In this document: piece by piece, positions 63,720 to 64,000 of the stretch
How positions within the stretch are numbered: the first letter of the stretch is position 1
How the letters are laid out: every line of letters begins with the position of its first letter
Assembly (NCBI GenBank): GCA_964016885.1
Contig: OZ024743.1
Location: 344,968,001-345,032,000, forward strand
Length of the DNA stretch: 64,000 bases
Source: Eledone cirrhosa
Taxonomy: Eukaryota
Direction of reading: 5' to 3'
Notes under the pieces: generated by a model
Told to the model about the DNA's origin: nothing
Seen by the model: the letters and a program-made list of their open reading frames with translations, nothing else
Database searches by the model: none
Position numbers and translations under genes: made by a program

Positions 63720-64000
63720 TTAACAGCGCTGCGATCGAATGTAGCTTTTTAGCCCAGCCAATCAAAACATTCACTGGGAATAGCCGGCTGTGGTGGGAGG
63801 TTATGTACTTTTGCATGCCGCTTGAGCCCTCCTGCTGATTTACATTCTCTACCACATGCTTGGCAAGCATGATGAGTAGAATCTCCAACAGCAGCCTGGT
63901 AGTCACCCACTGGTCTTACTTTATGACTGCGAAGATGACTTTCGAGTCCAACTTTGCTTAGGCAGAGTCTCGCTCAGACGCTGCCTGGAGATGCAACAGC
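63720..64000 (-). pseudogene. C-terminus of RTE-like ORF with tandem C2H2 fingers (decayed)
   Basis: GSV*ARLCLSKVGLESHLRSH, CQACGRECKSAGGLKRHAKVH, then (frameshifted) LAGLKSYIRSQRC*. Confidence 0.65.

Overview
AT-rich, microsatellite-saturated eukaryotic non-genic DNA. The microsatellite density and tRNA-derived SINE types suggest a cephalopod (Octopus-like) genome; this is my inference, not a database result. No host protein-coding exon is supportable, and almost all short ORFs are translations of (TA)n, (CA)n, (TATG)n, (AAT)n or (CCA)n repeats. The window is a retroelement community. It holds a near-intact ~5.8 kb Tx1/L1-clade LINE (57741-63571, minus) and the 3' end of a sister family (1-632), two R4/Dong-like RLE-LINE families, CRE-like and RTE relics, a hAT relic, several tRNA-SINEs, and six copies of a ~610-bp RTE-derived non-autonomous element. 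It also holds many Penelope-like (PLE) pieces. The most striking signal is about a dozen hand-foldable type I hammerhead ribozymes from at least 7 families. They have family-specific palindromic helix III sequences and often a mismatched 10.1-11.1 pair, and several sit in ORF-less 0.41-0.55 kb tandem units with inverted 5' copies (retrozyme-like). Each retroelement class appears to occupy its own microsatellite type. All structures were folded by eye and need computational and biochemical confirmation.
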